DNA of 64,000 nucleotides from Deferribacterales bacterium (GTDB lineage: Bacteria > Chrysiogenota > Deferribacteres > Deferribacterales > Geovibrionaceae). Below the pieces are notes generated by a model, which saw only the letters and a list, made by a program, of their open reading frames with translations, was not told the DNA's origin and made no database searches. Shown here one piece after another: positions 30,122 through 42,425 of the stretch. Where the stretch lies: the NCBI GenBank assembly GCA_050251945.1, contig JBFWLW010000001.1, positions 128,001 to 192,000 of the forward strand, written 5' to 3'. Each line of letters begins with the position of its first letter. The stretch's first letter is position 1. The translations under genes and the position numbers were made by a program.

Positions 30122-31747
30122 ATGATGGCTAAATTCAAAGTTCTTGTCACCGACCACATTTCACCGGACGGTATAGACATTTTGAGAGCGGAAAGCGACA
30201 TACAGGTTGACATCATGGCGGGCATTAAGAATGCCGAGCTTAAAAAGATCATCGGCGAGTATGACGCGATAATCACAAGAAGCGGTACAACAGTTGACGC
30301 CGACCTTATTGAAAATCCGGGGAAACTGAAGATTATCGGACGCGCAGGCGTCGGACTTGACAACGTTGATATCGAAGCGGCAAGCATGAAAGGCATTATC
30401 GTTATGAACGCCCCAACAGGCAACACACTGGCTGCCTGCGAGCTCACCATGGGGATGATGCTTTCTGTGGTTCGTAAGATACCCACCGCAAACCAGATCA
30501 CAAAATCCGGCGAGTGGGACAGAAAAAGATTCATGGGTATGCAGCTTTATAAAAAGACCCTTGCCATTATCGGTCTTGGACGTATCGGCGGAAACGTTGC
30601 GAAAAGATGCAAGGCTTTCGAGATGAAAGTCGTTGCTTTTGACCCCTATATCAAACAGACAAAAGCGGACGCACTCGGCGTTGAGCTTTGCGAAACACTT
30701 GAACAGGCGATTTCTCAGGCAGACGTTATCACATTCCACACTCCTCTGACCGAAGAGACAAGAAACCTTATCACTTCAAAAGAGATAGCAAAGATGAAAG
30801 ACGGTGTTGTCATAATCAACTGCGCGCGCGGCGGAATCGTGAACGAGCTTGATCTTGTTGAAGCCTGTAAATCAGGGAAGGTGCTTGCGGCGGGACTTGA
30901 CGTATTCGTTAGTGAACCCCCGGTCAATCACCCTTTCTTTGAAGTGGACAATATATATGTTACTCCCCACATCGGAGCCAACACTCACGAAGGTCAGTAC
31001 GGCGTTGCCGTAATCATTGCTGAGCAGGTTAAAAACGCTCTCCACGGACGTTCATACCGCAACGCAGTAAACATTCCCTTTATGAAATCACAACTCCCCG
31101 AAGATATGCAGAAATACTTCGAGCTTATGGAGAGCATGGGACACCTTGCGGCGCAGGTTGTCAAGGGAAGACCCGAATCCATCGAATTCACCATGGTCGG
31201 TCCTAAATTTGAAGAGGACTTCGGCGAAAGGACATTCGATACTCCCTTTAACTTCCAGCCCTTTACCATCGCAGGTCTGAAAGGATTCATGGAGGTTGCC
31301 GTGAAAGAGAACGTCTCTTTCATCAACGCTCCGTATGTTGCCAAAGAGCGCAGCATCGATATACTTGAGACCAAGACCCATTCATATGGTAAATTCAACG
31401 ACCTCGTCGTTATCAAAGTTAAAACCGACAAAGAGGAAAAGACCCTCGGCGGTACGGTATTCAACGACGGAGTGGGAAGAATCCTCACATACGACAACTA
31501 CTACCTCGACCTTATCGGCGAGGGAACATATCTGTATTTCAAAAATATGGACAGACCCGGCATGATAGGCAAACTGGGAACCATTCTCGGCAACAGGAAC
31601 ATCAACATTGCTGATTTTGAACTCTCCAGAGAAGCCGAAGGAACCGCAGTCGGTTTCGTGCGCGTGGATAACAAGATTCCCGCAGACGTTGTTAAAGAGA
31701 TACTTGCCCTCGACGGCATGATGGAAGTCAAAGCCGTTACACTTTAA
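30122..31747 (+). CDS. serA: D-3-phosphoglycerate dehydrogenase (long form with ACT)
   Basis: GRAGVGLDN, GLGRIG, NCARGG, TPHIGA, DRPGMIG. Confidence 0.94.
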   Translation: MMAKFKVLVTDHISPDGIDILRAESDIQVDIMAGIKNAELKKIIGEYDAIITRSGTTVDADLIENPGKLKIIGRAGVGLDNVDIEAASMKGIIVMNAPTGNTLAACELTMGMMLSVVRKIPTANQITKSGEWDRKRFMGMQLYKKTLAIIGLGRIGGNVAKRCKAFEMKVVAFDPYIKQTKADALGVELCETLEQAISQADVITFHTPLTEETRNLITSKEIAKMKDGVVIINCARGGIVNELDLVEACKSGKVLAAGLDVFVSEPPVNHPFFEVDNIYVTPHIGANTHEGQYGVAVIIAEQVKNALHGRSYRNAVNIPFMKSQLPEDMQKYFELMESMGHLAAQVVKGRPESIEFTMVGPKFEEDFGERTFDTPFNFQPFTIAGLKGFMEVAVKENVSFINAPYVAKERSIDILETKTHSYGKFNDLVVIKVKTDKEEKTLGGTVFNDGVGRILTYDNYYLDLIGEGTYLYFKNMDRPGMIGKLGTILGNRNINIADFELSREAEGTAVGFVRVDNKIPADVVKEILALDGMMEVKAVTL

Positions 31748-32142
31748 TGATAACACTGAATATCAATACATCGGCCCGCTGTCAGCTTGTGGACATCACC
31801 CGTGATGTGGAAAACAGGCTGGCAGCCCACGGGCTGTCCGACGGCATTATTCTGGTGTTTTCCCCTCACACAACTGCAGCAGTCACTATCAATGAAAACG
31901 CAGATCCAGACGTTCAGACGGATATGAACGCTTTCCTGTCAAAACTTATTCCTGTTTCAAAAGATTTTCGGCATAACGAAGGGAATTCCGACAGCCATAT
32001 TAAGGCATCGCTTGTGGGTGCATCGGAAACGGTTATAGTTGAAAATGGCAGACTTGTCCTCGGCACATGGCAGGGAATCTATTTCTGCGAATTTGACGGA
32101 CCGAGAAACCGCAAGGTCTATCTGAAATTCATCGGTTCCTAA
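31747..32142 (+). CDS. yjbQ: YjbQ/UPF0047 family protein
   Basis: HTTAAVTINE, HNEGNSDSHIK, LGTWQGIYFCEFDGPR. Confidence 0.9.
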   Translation: MITLNINTSARCQLVDITRDVENRLAAHGLSDGIILVFSPHTTAAVTINENADPDVQTDMNAFLSKLIPVSKDFRHNEGNSDSHIKASLVGASETVIVENGRLVLGTWQGIYFCEFDGPRNRKVYLKFIGS

Positions 32143-33089
32143 CCGCAGACATCCTCACCGGTAAGCACAGTAAACTTATTGCGCCCCGTGGACTTGCTCA
32201 GATAAAGCGCTTTGTCCGCAACCCCGACCATGAACTCAACGTCTGTATAGCATTTATGATAAGGAGTTACGCCCGCGCTGAACGTTATCTGGAACTGCTC
32301 GTCGTTGCTTTCAAAAATTGTAGCCGCAAGCTTGGCGCGTATCCTTTCCACAGCCATAATGGAGTGTTCAAGGTCTGTTTCGGTGAAGATTATTGCGAAT
32401 TCTTCGCCGCCGTAGCGTGATGCGAGATCGGTTGAGCGGATACATTCTTTTATGGTGCCGGCAAAGACCTTAAGCACCTCGTCTCCTTTAAGGTGACCGA
32501 AGTTGTCGTTGACTTTTTTAAAGAAGTCGATGTCCAGAAGCGCAAGACAGAAGCTGTTGTTATACCTTCCTGAACGCTGCATCTCCTCTTTCAGTTTATC
32601 TTTGAAATACGAGTGGTTATAGAGGAGGGTGAGACCGTCTTTTTTTGCCATCTGCTCAAGGAATTCGTTCTGTTCCAGAACGTTTGTTGATGCAAACGCA
32701 AGTTCAAAGATTGTCGATTCGAGTTCTTCCGTTTTCTCTTCCAGTTCCAGTGTGATACTTCTGTGTTTTTTGAGAATATTGAAACGGGTTTCAATCTCTT
32801 TCGCCGGGTCTTCTTTCAGGCAGAACACAAAGTGGTAGTCCTGTGAAAGTTCAAGAAGCAGTGTGTCGTGTTGTTTTTGCGAGATGAAAAGGAAGAAATT
32901 GTTTGTTTTCAGCAGCTCTCTTAAAGATGCGATATTGTCGTCCTCGCATATCTCAAAGACGACAATTTCGCGGTTGATATTCTCAATATCCTCGGCAGAC
33001 ATGAACTGAGCAATGGGAAACCTCTGCTCTATCTGCTGTCTGGTTTTTTCTGTTTTAGCTCTTGCTGCAACTTTAATGTTATTCGGCAT
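32139..33089 (-). CDS. Diguanylate cyclase with coiled-coil linker
   Basis: DGLT, DIDFFKKVND, RSTD I-site, RYGGEEF. Confidence 0.9.
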   Translation of the reverse strand: MPNNIKVAARAKTEKTRQQIEQRFPIAQFMSAEDIENINREIVVFEICEDDNIASLRELLKTNNFFLFISQKQHDTLLLELSQDYHFVFCLKEDPAKEIETRFNILKKHRSITLELEEKTEELESTIFELAFASTNVLEQNEFLEQMAKKDGLTLLYNHSYFKDKLKEEMQRSGRYNNSFCLALLDIDFFKKVNDNFGHLKGDEVLKVFAGTIKECIRSTDLASRYGGEEFAIIFTETDLEHSIMAVERIRAKLAATIFESNDEQFQITFSAGVTPYHKCYTDVEFMVGVADKALYLSKSTGRNKFTVLTGEDVCG

Positions 33090-34548
33090 CCTCGGGCCTC
33101 ATGTGGGGAAATAGTATTACGTCGCGTATCGACTGGCTGTCTGTGAAAAGCATCACAAGCCTGTCTATGCCGAGACCGGCGCCCGCGGTGGGGGGAAGAC
33201 CGTATTCCAGAGCGCGGATATAGTCTGTGTCCATCATGCAGGCTTCTTCGTCACCGGCTTCTTTTGCGGCAACCTGTTTGGCAAACCTTTCATATTGGTC
33301 AATGGGGTCGTTAAGCTCGTTAAATCCGTTGGCGAGCTCAAAGCCGCCCATGAAAAGTTCAAATCTTTCAGTAAGTTCAGGGTCATCTTTTTTAGACTTC
33401 GCCAGAGGGGAGACCTCTTTCGGATAGTCAATTATGAATGTGGGATTGATGAGCGTGTGTTCAATCAATTCTTCAAAGATCTCCATAATGATTTTGCCTT
33501 TGCCCCATTCCTTCTGTACTTTTATACCAATTTTAGTAGCTGCGTTTTCTGCCGTTTCTCTATTTTTTAACATGTCTTCGGTGATGTTACTGCCTTTTAT
33601 TATGGCTTCCTGCATTGTCAGTCTTGACCACGAACCTGTCAGGTCTATCACATTGCCGTTAAAAGTTATCTCTTTCTTACCATAGAGTTTTTCGGCTATT
33701 CTCTGGCACATTTCCTCTATCATGTCCATAAGACCGTGATAGTCGTTATAAGCATTATACCATTCTATCATAGTAAATTCAGGATTATGTCTGGTTGACA
33801 GTCCTTCATTTCTAAAATTTCTGTTAATTTCAAATATCCTTTCAAATCCGCCGATTACGAGACGTTTGAGGTAAAGCTCGGGGGCTATGCGCAGATAAAG
33901 AGGCATATCCAGAGCGTTATGATGTGTTATGAAAGGTTTTGCGGTGGCACCGCCTACGATGGGGTGCATCATAGGAGTTTCAACTTCAAAGAAGTCTTTT
34001 TCAATAAAGAATTTTCTGACTTCCTGAATGATTACGCTGCGTTTTCTGAAGGTGTCTTTGACATCCTCGTTAACTATAAGGTCAACGTATCTCTGGCGGT
34101 AGCGTGTTTCCACGTCTTTAAGCCCGTGCCATTTTTCGGGCAGGTCGCGCAGTGCTTTTGTGAGCAGACGGAATTCTTTTGCACAGATGGTAAGCTCTCC
34201 CGTCTTGGTTTTGAACAGGAAGCCTTTAATGCCGACTATATCGCCGACATCCGTGAGGTCAAATACGGCGTACTGCTCTTCGGTTATTTCGCTTTTTTTA
34301 ACATAGACCTGAATGAGACCCGTGCGGTCTTTGATGGTCATGAAGGCTGCTTTTCCGAATTGACGAAGTGCCATGATTCTTCCGGCGACGTCGAACCATA
34401 CGTCCTGTGCGGGCAGGTCGTTTTCCTCTGCTTCCACATATTTTGATGTTATTTCCGCAATGTCGTTCGCTACTTTATGGTAATTGACAAACGGCTGTTC
34501 TGAAAGCTCTTTCAGCTTCTGCATTTTATCAAAGCGATGCTGTTCCAT
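33079..34548 (-). CDS. lysS: Lysine--tRNA ligase (class II)
   Basis: RYRQRY, YLRIAPELYLK, FRNEG, GLGIDRL; start set at MEQHRF. Confidence 0.96.
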   Translation of the reverse strand: MEQHRFDKMQKLKELSEQPFVNYHKVANDIAEITSKYVEAEENDLPAQDVWFDVAGRIMALRQFGKAAFMTIKDRTGLIQVYVKKSEITEEQYAVFDLTDVGDIVGIKGFLFKTKTGELTICAKEFRLLTKALRDLPEKWHGLKDVETRYRQRYVDLIVNEDVKDTFRKRSVIIQEVRKFFIEKDFFEVETPMMHPIVGGATAKPFITHHNALDMPLYLRIAPELYLKRLVIGGFERIFEINRNFRNEGLSTRHNPEFTMIEWYNAYNDYHGLMDMIEEMCQRIAEKLYGKKEITFNGNVIDLTGSWSRLTMQEAIIKGSNITEDMLKNRETAENAATKIGIKVQKEWGKGKIIMEIFEELIEHTLINPTFIIDYPKEVSPLAKSKKDDPELTERFELFMGGFELANGFNELNDPIDQYERFAKQVAAKEAGDEEACMMDTDYIRALEYGLPPTAGAGLGIDRLVMLFTDSQSIRDVILFPHMRPEDAE

Positions 34549-34765
34549 TGAATGTGAGATCTCCTGATAAGTTGATTTATTTTGACTGTTTATACCATAA
34601 CTGTATATGCCCGCAAAGTGCAAATAAAAAATGCGTCAAATTCTATTTTATTTATTTGACACCGTATATAAAAATCACTAATCTAAAAAAGCAGATAAAT
34701 TCCTTTGGCTTTATAATTAATTCACTTGAAATCTGTCTGCTTATAGTCTAGATTGTCGTGTTTGA

Positions 34766-35821
<1,056 letters not shown>

Positions 35822-35840
35822 GGTGTCGGCAGCGGGGCAG

Positions 35841-36635
35841 ATGAAACTTTGGAAAAAAACACTTATCGCTTTTATCGCCCTGCTCATCCTTATTATCATA
35901 CAGGCTCGCAATCCTGAGATAAAAGGACCGTTCAGGGGCGTTATCGGCAACTTCGTCAACCCCTTCGTATACTATACTGAAAAAACGTTCAGCTTTTTCA
36001 GCGACATATGGAGCGGGTACATCAATCTGGTGGACGTGCGCAGACAGAACGACAGGCTTAAGCAGGCTAACGGCGAGCTTATGCTTGAGAACTCCCTTCT
36101 GAGGGAGCAGGTGAAGGAACACGGTCGCATAGCCAGACTTTTAAAGTTCAAGAACTATTCCGACCTTGACTTTGTGCCCACATCAGTAATCGGGCGTAAC
36201 GTTAAAGGTTATCTTAAATTTATTGTCATCGACAGAGGCAGCCGCGACGGCATCAAGCGTCAGGATCCTGTAATAAGCTTTAACGGGCTTGTTGGCATGG
36301 TGCGTGAGGTGTATGCGGACAGTGCAGAGGTTGAGGTTATTCTCAGTCCGGCAAGCAACGTTTCTGTCATGAACAACAGAACCCGCACAGTGGGCATCGT
36401 CCGCGGAAACGGACACGGCAGTATGGCTGTGGACTTTTACGACAGGCTGGACGACGTTAAAGTGGGGGATACCATGGTTACATCCGGTCTCGGCGGGGTT
36501 TACCCGAAGGGACTTGTGGTGGGTTATGTAAGCGATGTGAAAACCGCGGAAACCGGACTTTTCAAGATAATGACCCTGAACTCAAAGGTCAGGTTTGAAA
36601 AACTTGAGAATGTACTGGTGATCAGACAGCGATGA
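35841..36635 (+). CDS. mreC: Rod shape-determining protein MreC
   Basis: TM plus coiled coil, IDRGSRDG, TSGLGGVYPKG. Confidence 0.9.
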   Translation: MKLWKKTLIAFIALLILIIIQARNPEIKGPFRGVIGNFVNPFVYYTEKTFSFFSDIWSGYINLVDVRRQNDRLKQANGELMLENSLLREQVKEHGRIARLLKFKNYSDLDFVPTSVIGRNVKGYLKFIVIDRGSRDGIKRQDPVISFNGLVGMVREVYADSAEVEVILSPASNVSVMNNRTRTVGIVRGNGHGSMAVDFYDRLDDVKVGDTMVTSGLGGVYPKGLVVGYVSDVKTAETGLFKIMTLNSKVRFEKLENVLVIRQR

Positions 36636-37102
36636 AAGGTTTCAATTATCTCTATCCGGCGATACTTGCCGCACTTGTGGTCGGTCATATCATGACGCTG
36701 GTCGGAGCTTTTGTTTTTTCAAATTTTGATTTTTCCGTGGTCATCTTTCTGCTTGTCTACGAAATGATAGATGAAGACAACTACATATGGCTTTCCGTGC
36801 TTTTCGGTGTATATACCGACTATGCCCGCAACGGTTTTTTCGGACCCGGGGTCATGCTGTTCCTGTTATTTTCTATCACAAGGTTCAAAGCTGACATCGT
36901 TGTAGACATGACGAAATTCAACTCAAAAGTACTGCTTTTCACCGGCATATCTCTTATTTATTGTCTGTTTAACGCGGCTCTTTCCGGTTATGACACAGAG
37001 ACGATAGTGAGAATGACGTTGACCAGAACCGTTTTAAACGTTCTGGCTGCTATAGGTATCATGAAATTTATGGAGTACAGAAGTGCTTTTAAGAACGCTT
37101 AA
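36632..37102 (+). CDS. mreD: MreD-like membrane protein
   Basis: Multi-TM, FG...D motif, synteny. Confidence 0.65.
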   Translation: MKGFNYLYPAILAALVVGHIMTLVGAFVFSNFDFSVVIFLLVYEMIDEDNYIWLSVLFGVYTDYARNGFFGPGVMLFLLFSITRFKADIVVDMTKFNSKVLLFTGISLIYCLFNAALSGYDTETIVRMTLTRTVLNVLAAIGIMKFMEYRSAFKNA

Positions 37103-38924
37103 GGACGAGATACTCGAATACTTCAAAAAGCGGGCCATGTTAGGTTATGTGGTACTTGGGCTTTTCTTTGCGTTCCTTGCTCTCCGCCTGTTCTATATGC
37201 AGGTGATAAGTTATGAAAAATTCAAACAGCTTTCCGAAAACAACCGTATCCGTATAGTCCGCATCAAGGCGGACAGAGGATTCATAAAGGATGTTAAAGG
37301 AAGGCTTCTGGTAAAGAACTCACCAAGCTACGAACTTAAAATAGTTAAAGAGGACGTAAAAGACCTCAAAGGAATTCTTGACAAGCTTTCAAAGGTTCTG
37401 CCAATAGATAAAAAATATGCCATGAAGCAGGTTGAAAAATCATATCTTTATGAACCTGCGGTAATTCTTCGCGGTCTGTCGTTCAATCAGGTTGCAGAGA
37501 TAATGGAGCATTCCGACGATTATGTCGGTGTCGAGATAGGTCTTGAGGCTGTCAGGAGCTATATGGAAAGCAGGGCTTTCAGTCACGTTCTGGGCTACAT
37601 GTCTGAGGTGAACGAACAGGAACTGCGCGACGGCGGCTATTACCGTTCTGGTGATATGCTGGGCAAGACCGGAGTTGAAAAGGTATATGAGAAACAACTC
37701 CGTGGTTTCGACGGCGCCAGACAGGTCGAGGTGGATTCATACGGGCGTCCGGTGGAGATTCTCTCTGAAAAAGCCAGTGTCCCGGGTGAAAACATAACCC
37801 TTACCATCGACTATGATATCCAGACATTCCTGCACAGGCTTATGGACGGCAAAAAGGGTGCTGTCGTCGTTATGGACGTGAACAATTTTGATCTGCTGGC
37901 ACTCTATTCAGCGCCCGCATTCGACCTTATGTCCTTCACTCCTTTCGCTACGTCGCAGGAGAGGCTTTCCATAATAAAAGACCCTACCAAACCCCTGCTC
38001 AACAGAGCCATTGAAGGACGTTATCCGCCCGGATCTGTATACAAAGTGCTGATGGCGGTTATGGGACTTATGGAGCATAAGATAAACCCTGACAGCAGAT
38101 TCACCTGCACAGGCGAGATGCAGTACGGAAACTTTAAATACAAGTGCTGGAAAAAAGACGGACACGGAACCATCAATCTTGTTCAGGCGATAGAGGAATC
38201 GTGCGACGTTTATTTCTATAACCTCGGTCTAATCCTCGGTATAGATACGATATACGATTATTCCAACAGGCTTTCACTCGGAGTTAAGACCGGAATAGCG
38301 CTTCCCAACGAAAAATCGGGTTTTTTCCCGAGCAGACAGTGGAAAAAAGATGTCAGACGCGAAGGCTGGTACCCGGGTGAAACGATAATCACATCCATAG
38401 GTCAGGGTTATATAGCGACCACACCTATCCAGATAGCCGTTATGCTTGGCGGTATATTCAACGGCGGGAATATTTATACCCCTAACCTAGTAAGATATCT
38501 TGAAAACCCTTCCACTGGACATGTGCGAGAACCTGTGCGCAACCTCAGAAGCAAGGTACATATAGACAAATGGGCGGCAAACGTTGCCATGAAAGGGATG
38601 GTGAACGTTGTTGAGGGTACACACGCCACAGGTTACAGAGCGAATGTTCCCGGTGTGCATATCGGAGGCAAAACGGGTACTGCACAGGTTGTCAGCCTTA
38701 AACGCACCGAAGATATGGACGAAGAGGATATTCCCGAACATTACAGAGACCACTCGTGGTTTGCCGCTGTTTTTCCTGCGGAAAACCCGAAATACGTTGC
38801 CGTGGCAATGATAGAACATGGAGGCTCCGGCAGTAAGGGCGCGGCGCCCATCGTCGGAGCATTAGTAAACAAAATGGCGGATCTTGGATATGTTAAGCGT
38901 GAAACTGGACAGGAAGCACATTGA
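37083..38924 (+). CDS. mrdA: Penicillin-binding protein 2
   Basis: GSVYK, SCD, KTG motifs. Confidence 0.93.
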   Translation: MLLRTLKDEILEYFKKRAMLGYVVLGLFFAFLALRLFYMQVISYEKFKQLSENNRIRIVRIKADRGFIKDVKGRLLVKNSPSYELKIVKEDVKDLKGILDKLSKVLPIDKKYAMKQVEKSYLYEPAVILRGLSFNQVAEIMEHSDDYVGVEIGLEAVRSYMESRAFSHVLGYMSEVNEQELRDGGYYRSGDMLGKTGVEKVYEKQLRGFDGARQVEVDSYGRPVEILSEKASVPGENITLTIDYDIQTFLHRLMDGKKGAVVVMDVNNFDLLALYSAPAFDLMSFTPFATSQERLSIIKDPTKPLLNRAIEGRYPPGSVYKVLMAVMGLMEHKINPDSRFTCTGEMQYGNFKYKCWKKDGHGTINLVQAIEESCDVYFYNLGLILGIDTIYDYSNRLSLGVKTGIALPNEKSGFFPSRQWKKDVRREGWYPGETIITSIGQGYIATTPIQIAVMLGGIFNGGNIYTPNLVRYLENPSTGHVREPVRNLRSKVHIDKWAANVAMKGMVNVVEGTHATGYRANVPGVHIGGKTGTAQVVSLKRTEDMDEEDIPEHYRDHSWFAAVFPAENPKYVAVAMIEHGGSGSKGAAPIVGALVNKMADLGYVKRETGQEAH

Positions 38925-40011
38925 AAATTTTGATGTAGTCCTGCTCGTACTTCTTTTTTTAATAACTACTGTCGGCGTTTTCGCCATCTACAGCGCAGGG
39001 TTTGACCCTGTCGACGGTCAGGTGCGCAACTTCTGGCTTAAGCAGTTCTACTTCCTGATATTGGGATACGTACTGTTCTTTGGTTTCAGCGCAGTAGGTT
39101 ATAAGAAACCGGTGAAGTATTCGTACGTTCTTTATGTAATCGGGCTTTTGATGCTGGCGGCGGTTCTTGCCATGGGACACGAAGGCAAGGGTGCCGTGCG
39201 CTGGATATCGTTGGCGGGTATCCGTATTCAGCCGTCAGAATTCTTTAAATTTATCTGGATAATAGTTCTTGCAAGACTTTATATAGACTTCACAATGAAC
39301 AAATACGGCATGCTGGACATAATTAAAAAGCTGTTCATTGCTATGCCGCCTTTTTTACTTGTGTTTTTACAGCCCGACCTTGGAACAGGCGGAACCTATC
39401 TTGCCGTATGGGGTATCGTTCTGCTTTTCATAGGTATCAGAAGGGTTACGCTTATCGTTATTGTCACAAGCCTTGTGTTTGCGGCTCCTATACTCTGGAC
39501 CCATATGAAACCCTATCAGAAACAGAGGGTCGAGACCTTTCTTAATCCCGAAGCCGATCCGTTCGGCTCCGGTTATCACGTCATACAGTCTAAGATCGCC
39601 ATCGGTTCCGGCGGTCTGTTCGGAAAAGGATTTATGAACGGAACCCAGTCCCACCTGAAATTCATCCCTGAGCGCCATACCGACTTCATCTTCGCCGTCA
39701 TAGCGGAGGAATTCGGGTTCATAGGCGCGAGCGTGGTGATTCTCTTATTCACAGGGCTGGTCTTCCGGATAATCTATATAGGTGTAAACTCGAAAGAATC
39801 GGCGGGAAAGCTGGTGTGTATCGCCGCCGCCGCGCTGTTCTTTTTCCAGTTTTTCGTAAATATGGCGATGACCGTGGGCATGATGCCTGTGGTTGGTATC
39901 CCTATGCCTATGGTCAGCTACGGAGGTTCGTCGCTCATCACGTTCATGTCTATTTTGGGAATAGTGAACAGTGTTGCCATGAGGCGTTTTGACAGTCCCA
40001 GCGAGGTATAA
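38890..40011 (+). CDS. rodA: SEDS peptidoglycan polymerase RodA
   Basis: QPSEF, QPDLGT, PERHTDFIF, SYGGSS. Confidence 0.93.
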   Translation: MLSVKLDRKHIENFDVVLLVLLFLITTVGVFAIYSAGFDPVDGQVRNFWLKQFYFLILGYVLFFGFSAVGYKKPVKYSYVLYVIGLLMLAAVLAMGHEGKGAVRWISLAGIRIQPSEFFKFIWIIVLARLYIDFTMNKYGMLDIIKKLFIAMPPFLLVFLQPDLGTGGTYLAVWGIVLLFIGIRRVTLIVIVTSLVFAAPILWTHMKPYQKQRVETFLNPEADPFGSGYHVIQSKIAIGSGGLFGKGFMNGTQSHLKFIPERHTDFIFAVIAEEFGFIGASVVILLFTGLVFRIIYIGVNSKESAGKLVCIAAAALFFFQFFVNMAMTVGMMPVVGIPMPMVSYGGSSLITFMSILGIVNSVAMRRFDSPSEV

Positions 40012-42425
40012 TGAAAGATTATAAAAAGCTTCTCAAGATTTCCAGACCCGCAAGATACATCAACGGAGAGATAAACTCCATCCACAAAAGTCATGAAGGC
40101 AGAACATCCGTATGCCTTGTATTTCCTGATGTTTATGAGGTAGGTATCAGCCACATAGGGTATAAGATGCTCTATGAAAGGCTGAATCTGTTTGATGAAC
40201 TCGTATGCGAGCGTTTCTTCATGCCATGGCCGGATGCAATTGAGGCGTACGGAAGCGAGATGTTCGTCAGTCTGGAATCCACAACAGACCTGAAAAATTT
40301 CGACGTGGTCGGTTTCAGCTTTCAGTACGAGCTTTCATACACGAACATGCTGAAGACCCTGCTCATGGCAGATATCCCCGCCAGAAGCAAAAACAGAGGC
40401 GGAGACGACCCTATAATTATCGCCGGCGGACCCTGCGTGTGCAATCCCATGCCTATAGCTGACTTTATAGATGTTTTTTTCGTAGGCGAATCTGAGATAA
40501 CGCTTCCCGATGCCATGAAAGTTCTGCGCAGCATGGAAGGTGCTTCCAGAGCGGAAAAAATAGCGTATCTCAATACTCTGCCGTTCACGTACGTACCTGA
40601 GATAGATCCGGATAAGCACGTGGTTCGCTCAATACATACAGGCTTTTCCGACGATTATACTATAAAAGACCTGATAGTTCCCGCCATACCCGCCGTTCAG
40701 GACAGGGTCGCAGTGGAGATTTCCCGCGGATGCACCAGAGGATGCAGGTTTTGTCAGGCAGGCATAATCTACCGTCCCAACCGCGAACGCAGTGTCGACA
40801 ACATCGCCTGCGATGCGCTTTATCAGCTTGACAAGACAGGTTATCTGGAAACGTCTCTGCTGTCTCTTTCAGCGTCAGATTACAGCAGGCTGGAAGAATT
40901 GCTTGTGACTATGGTCAAGCTCACAGAATCCCGAAAAGTTTCTCTGGCTCTGCCTTCGATAAGAGCTGACCGGATACAAGATTATATTTTCCGCGAACTT
41001 TCAAAGGTGCGCAAGTCCGGCTTTACCATAGCCCCCGAAGCAGGCTCCCAGCGTATGCGTGATTCCATCAACAAGGGACTTACGGAAGAGGCGATACTTG
41101 AGGCTGTGGAAAAGGCGTCCGACGCAGGATGGAACGGAGCAAAGCTTTATTTCATGATGGGGCTACCCGGGGAAACCATGGAGGATGTTCTCGCCATAGC
41201 GGAGCTTGCAAGGAAAGCAAAATATCTGCGCAAAGGCAGATTCAGCATAAAAGTATCGGTTTCAAACTTCGTGCCGAAAGCGCACACGCCATATCAGTGG
41301 TGGGGGCAGAACAGCGGCGACGAGTTTTTCGAGAAACGTCAGAAACTTAAGGAACTCTTCATTAAATACAAGATCCCCCACGCTTTCCACGGCATTAAGA
41401 CCAGCGTTCTCGAAGGCGCGTTCTCCAGAGGTTCAAGAGACCTCTGCAACGTTCTTGAAGAGGCCGTCAACCGCGGCGCTATGTTTGATGCGTGGACGGA
41501 ATATTTCAATTTTTCCATATGGGAGGAGTGCTTTGCAAAGTTCGGACTCAAAGTTGAGGACTACGCGCAGCGCAGTTACGAACGCACGGAAAAACTGCCT
41601 TGGGAGAACATCGACAGCGGTGTAACAAACGATTTCCTCTGGGAAGAGTATCTGAAATCACAATCCCTTGAGCTTACGTCCGACTGTACGGACGGTGAGT
41701 GCCACAACTGCGGCATCTGCGATTTCAAAGAGATAAAGAACGTTTTTGCGGACAAGACTGAGATGGTTTTTGAACCTGCTAAGGAAGAGGATGAGCAGAA
41801 ATTCACACGCTATGCGATGGTATTTTCAAAGACGGAGAGGCTTAGTCTCCTTTCTGCGATAGAGACACAGAGGCTTTTCACCCACGTCCTTACCATTTCA
41901 AAGTTCGGGCTGAAATTTACTCAGGGGTTCAACCCCCAGCCGAAGCTGAGCTATGTTCAGGCGGCATCCACCGGGCTTTCCGGTCTTAACGAGGTTCTGA
42001 TATTCGAGTCTGAAAAGATAGAGGATTTCAACGAGGCGATGGAAAAGCTGAACGGCATCCTTCCCAAATGGATACGTATAAAGCATTTTGCTGAATTTCC
42101 AGTGAACCCAAAACACTTTGACGTATACGTCCGTTTCGGGTTCGATAAGGATTTCATGGACATATTCAAAGCTAAATATGATGCCGGAGAGGCAAAGTAC
42201 GAGAAACTGAACAAAAGAGGGCTGCCTAAGGTCATGGATTCCAAAGATTTTACAGCGCATATCGGAATTGATGATATTGTGTTTAAAACTGAGACCTCAG
42301 GCAATTTCAACTGTTTCGAGTTCTTTGAAAGTCTCGGATATGAACGCGGCGACATTGGCATAATACGCAAAAACGTTTATCTTGTACCAAGAGAGGGCGA
42401 CGATGCGGTCGGAACCGATTTATAA
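40011..42425 (+). CDS. B12-binding-like radical SAM protein (TIGR03960 type) fused to C-terminal DUF2344-like domain
   Basis: PARYINGE, FPDVYEVG, RGCTRGCRFCQAG, APEAG, FTQGFNPQPK. Confidence 0.8.
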   Translation: MKDYKKLLKISRPARYINGEINSIHKSHEGRTSVCLVFPDVYEVGISHIGYKMLYERLNLFDELVCERFFMPWPDAIEAYGSEMFVSLESTTDLKNFDVVGFSFQYELSYTNMLKTLLMADIPARSKNRGGDDPIIIAGGPCVCNPMPIADFIDVFFVGESEITLPDAMKVLRSMEGASRAEKIAYLNTLPFTYVPEIDPDKHVVRSIHTGFSDDYTIKDLIVPAIPAVQDRVAVEISRGCTRGCRFCQAGIIYRPNRERSVDNIACDALYQLDKTGYLETSLLSLSASDYSRLEELLVTMVKLTESRKVSLALPSIRADRIQDYIFRELSKVRKSGFTIAPEAGSQRMRDSINKGLTEEAILEAVEKASDAGWNGAKLYFMMGLPGETMEDVLAIAELARKAKYLRKGRFSIKVSVSNFVPKAHTPYQWWGQNSGDEFFEKRQKLKELFIKYKIPHAFHGIKTSVLEGAFSRGSRDLCNVLEEAVNRGAMFDAWTEYFNFSIWEECFAKFGLKVEDYAQRSYERTEKLPWENIDSGVTNDFLWEEYLKSQSLELTSDCTDGECHNCGICDFKEIKNVFADKTEMVFEPAKEEDEQKFTRYAMVFSKTERLSLLSAIETQRLFTHVLTISKFGLKFTQGFNPQPKLSYVQAASTGLSGLNEVLIFESEKIEDFNEAMEKLNGILPKWIRIKHFAEFPVNPKHFDVYVRFGFDKDFMDIFKAKYDAGEAKYEKLNKRGLPKVMDSKDFTAHIGIDDIVFKTETSGNFNCFEFFESLGYERGDIGIIRKNVYLVPREGDDAVGTDL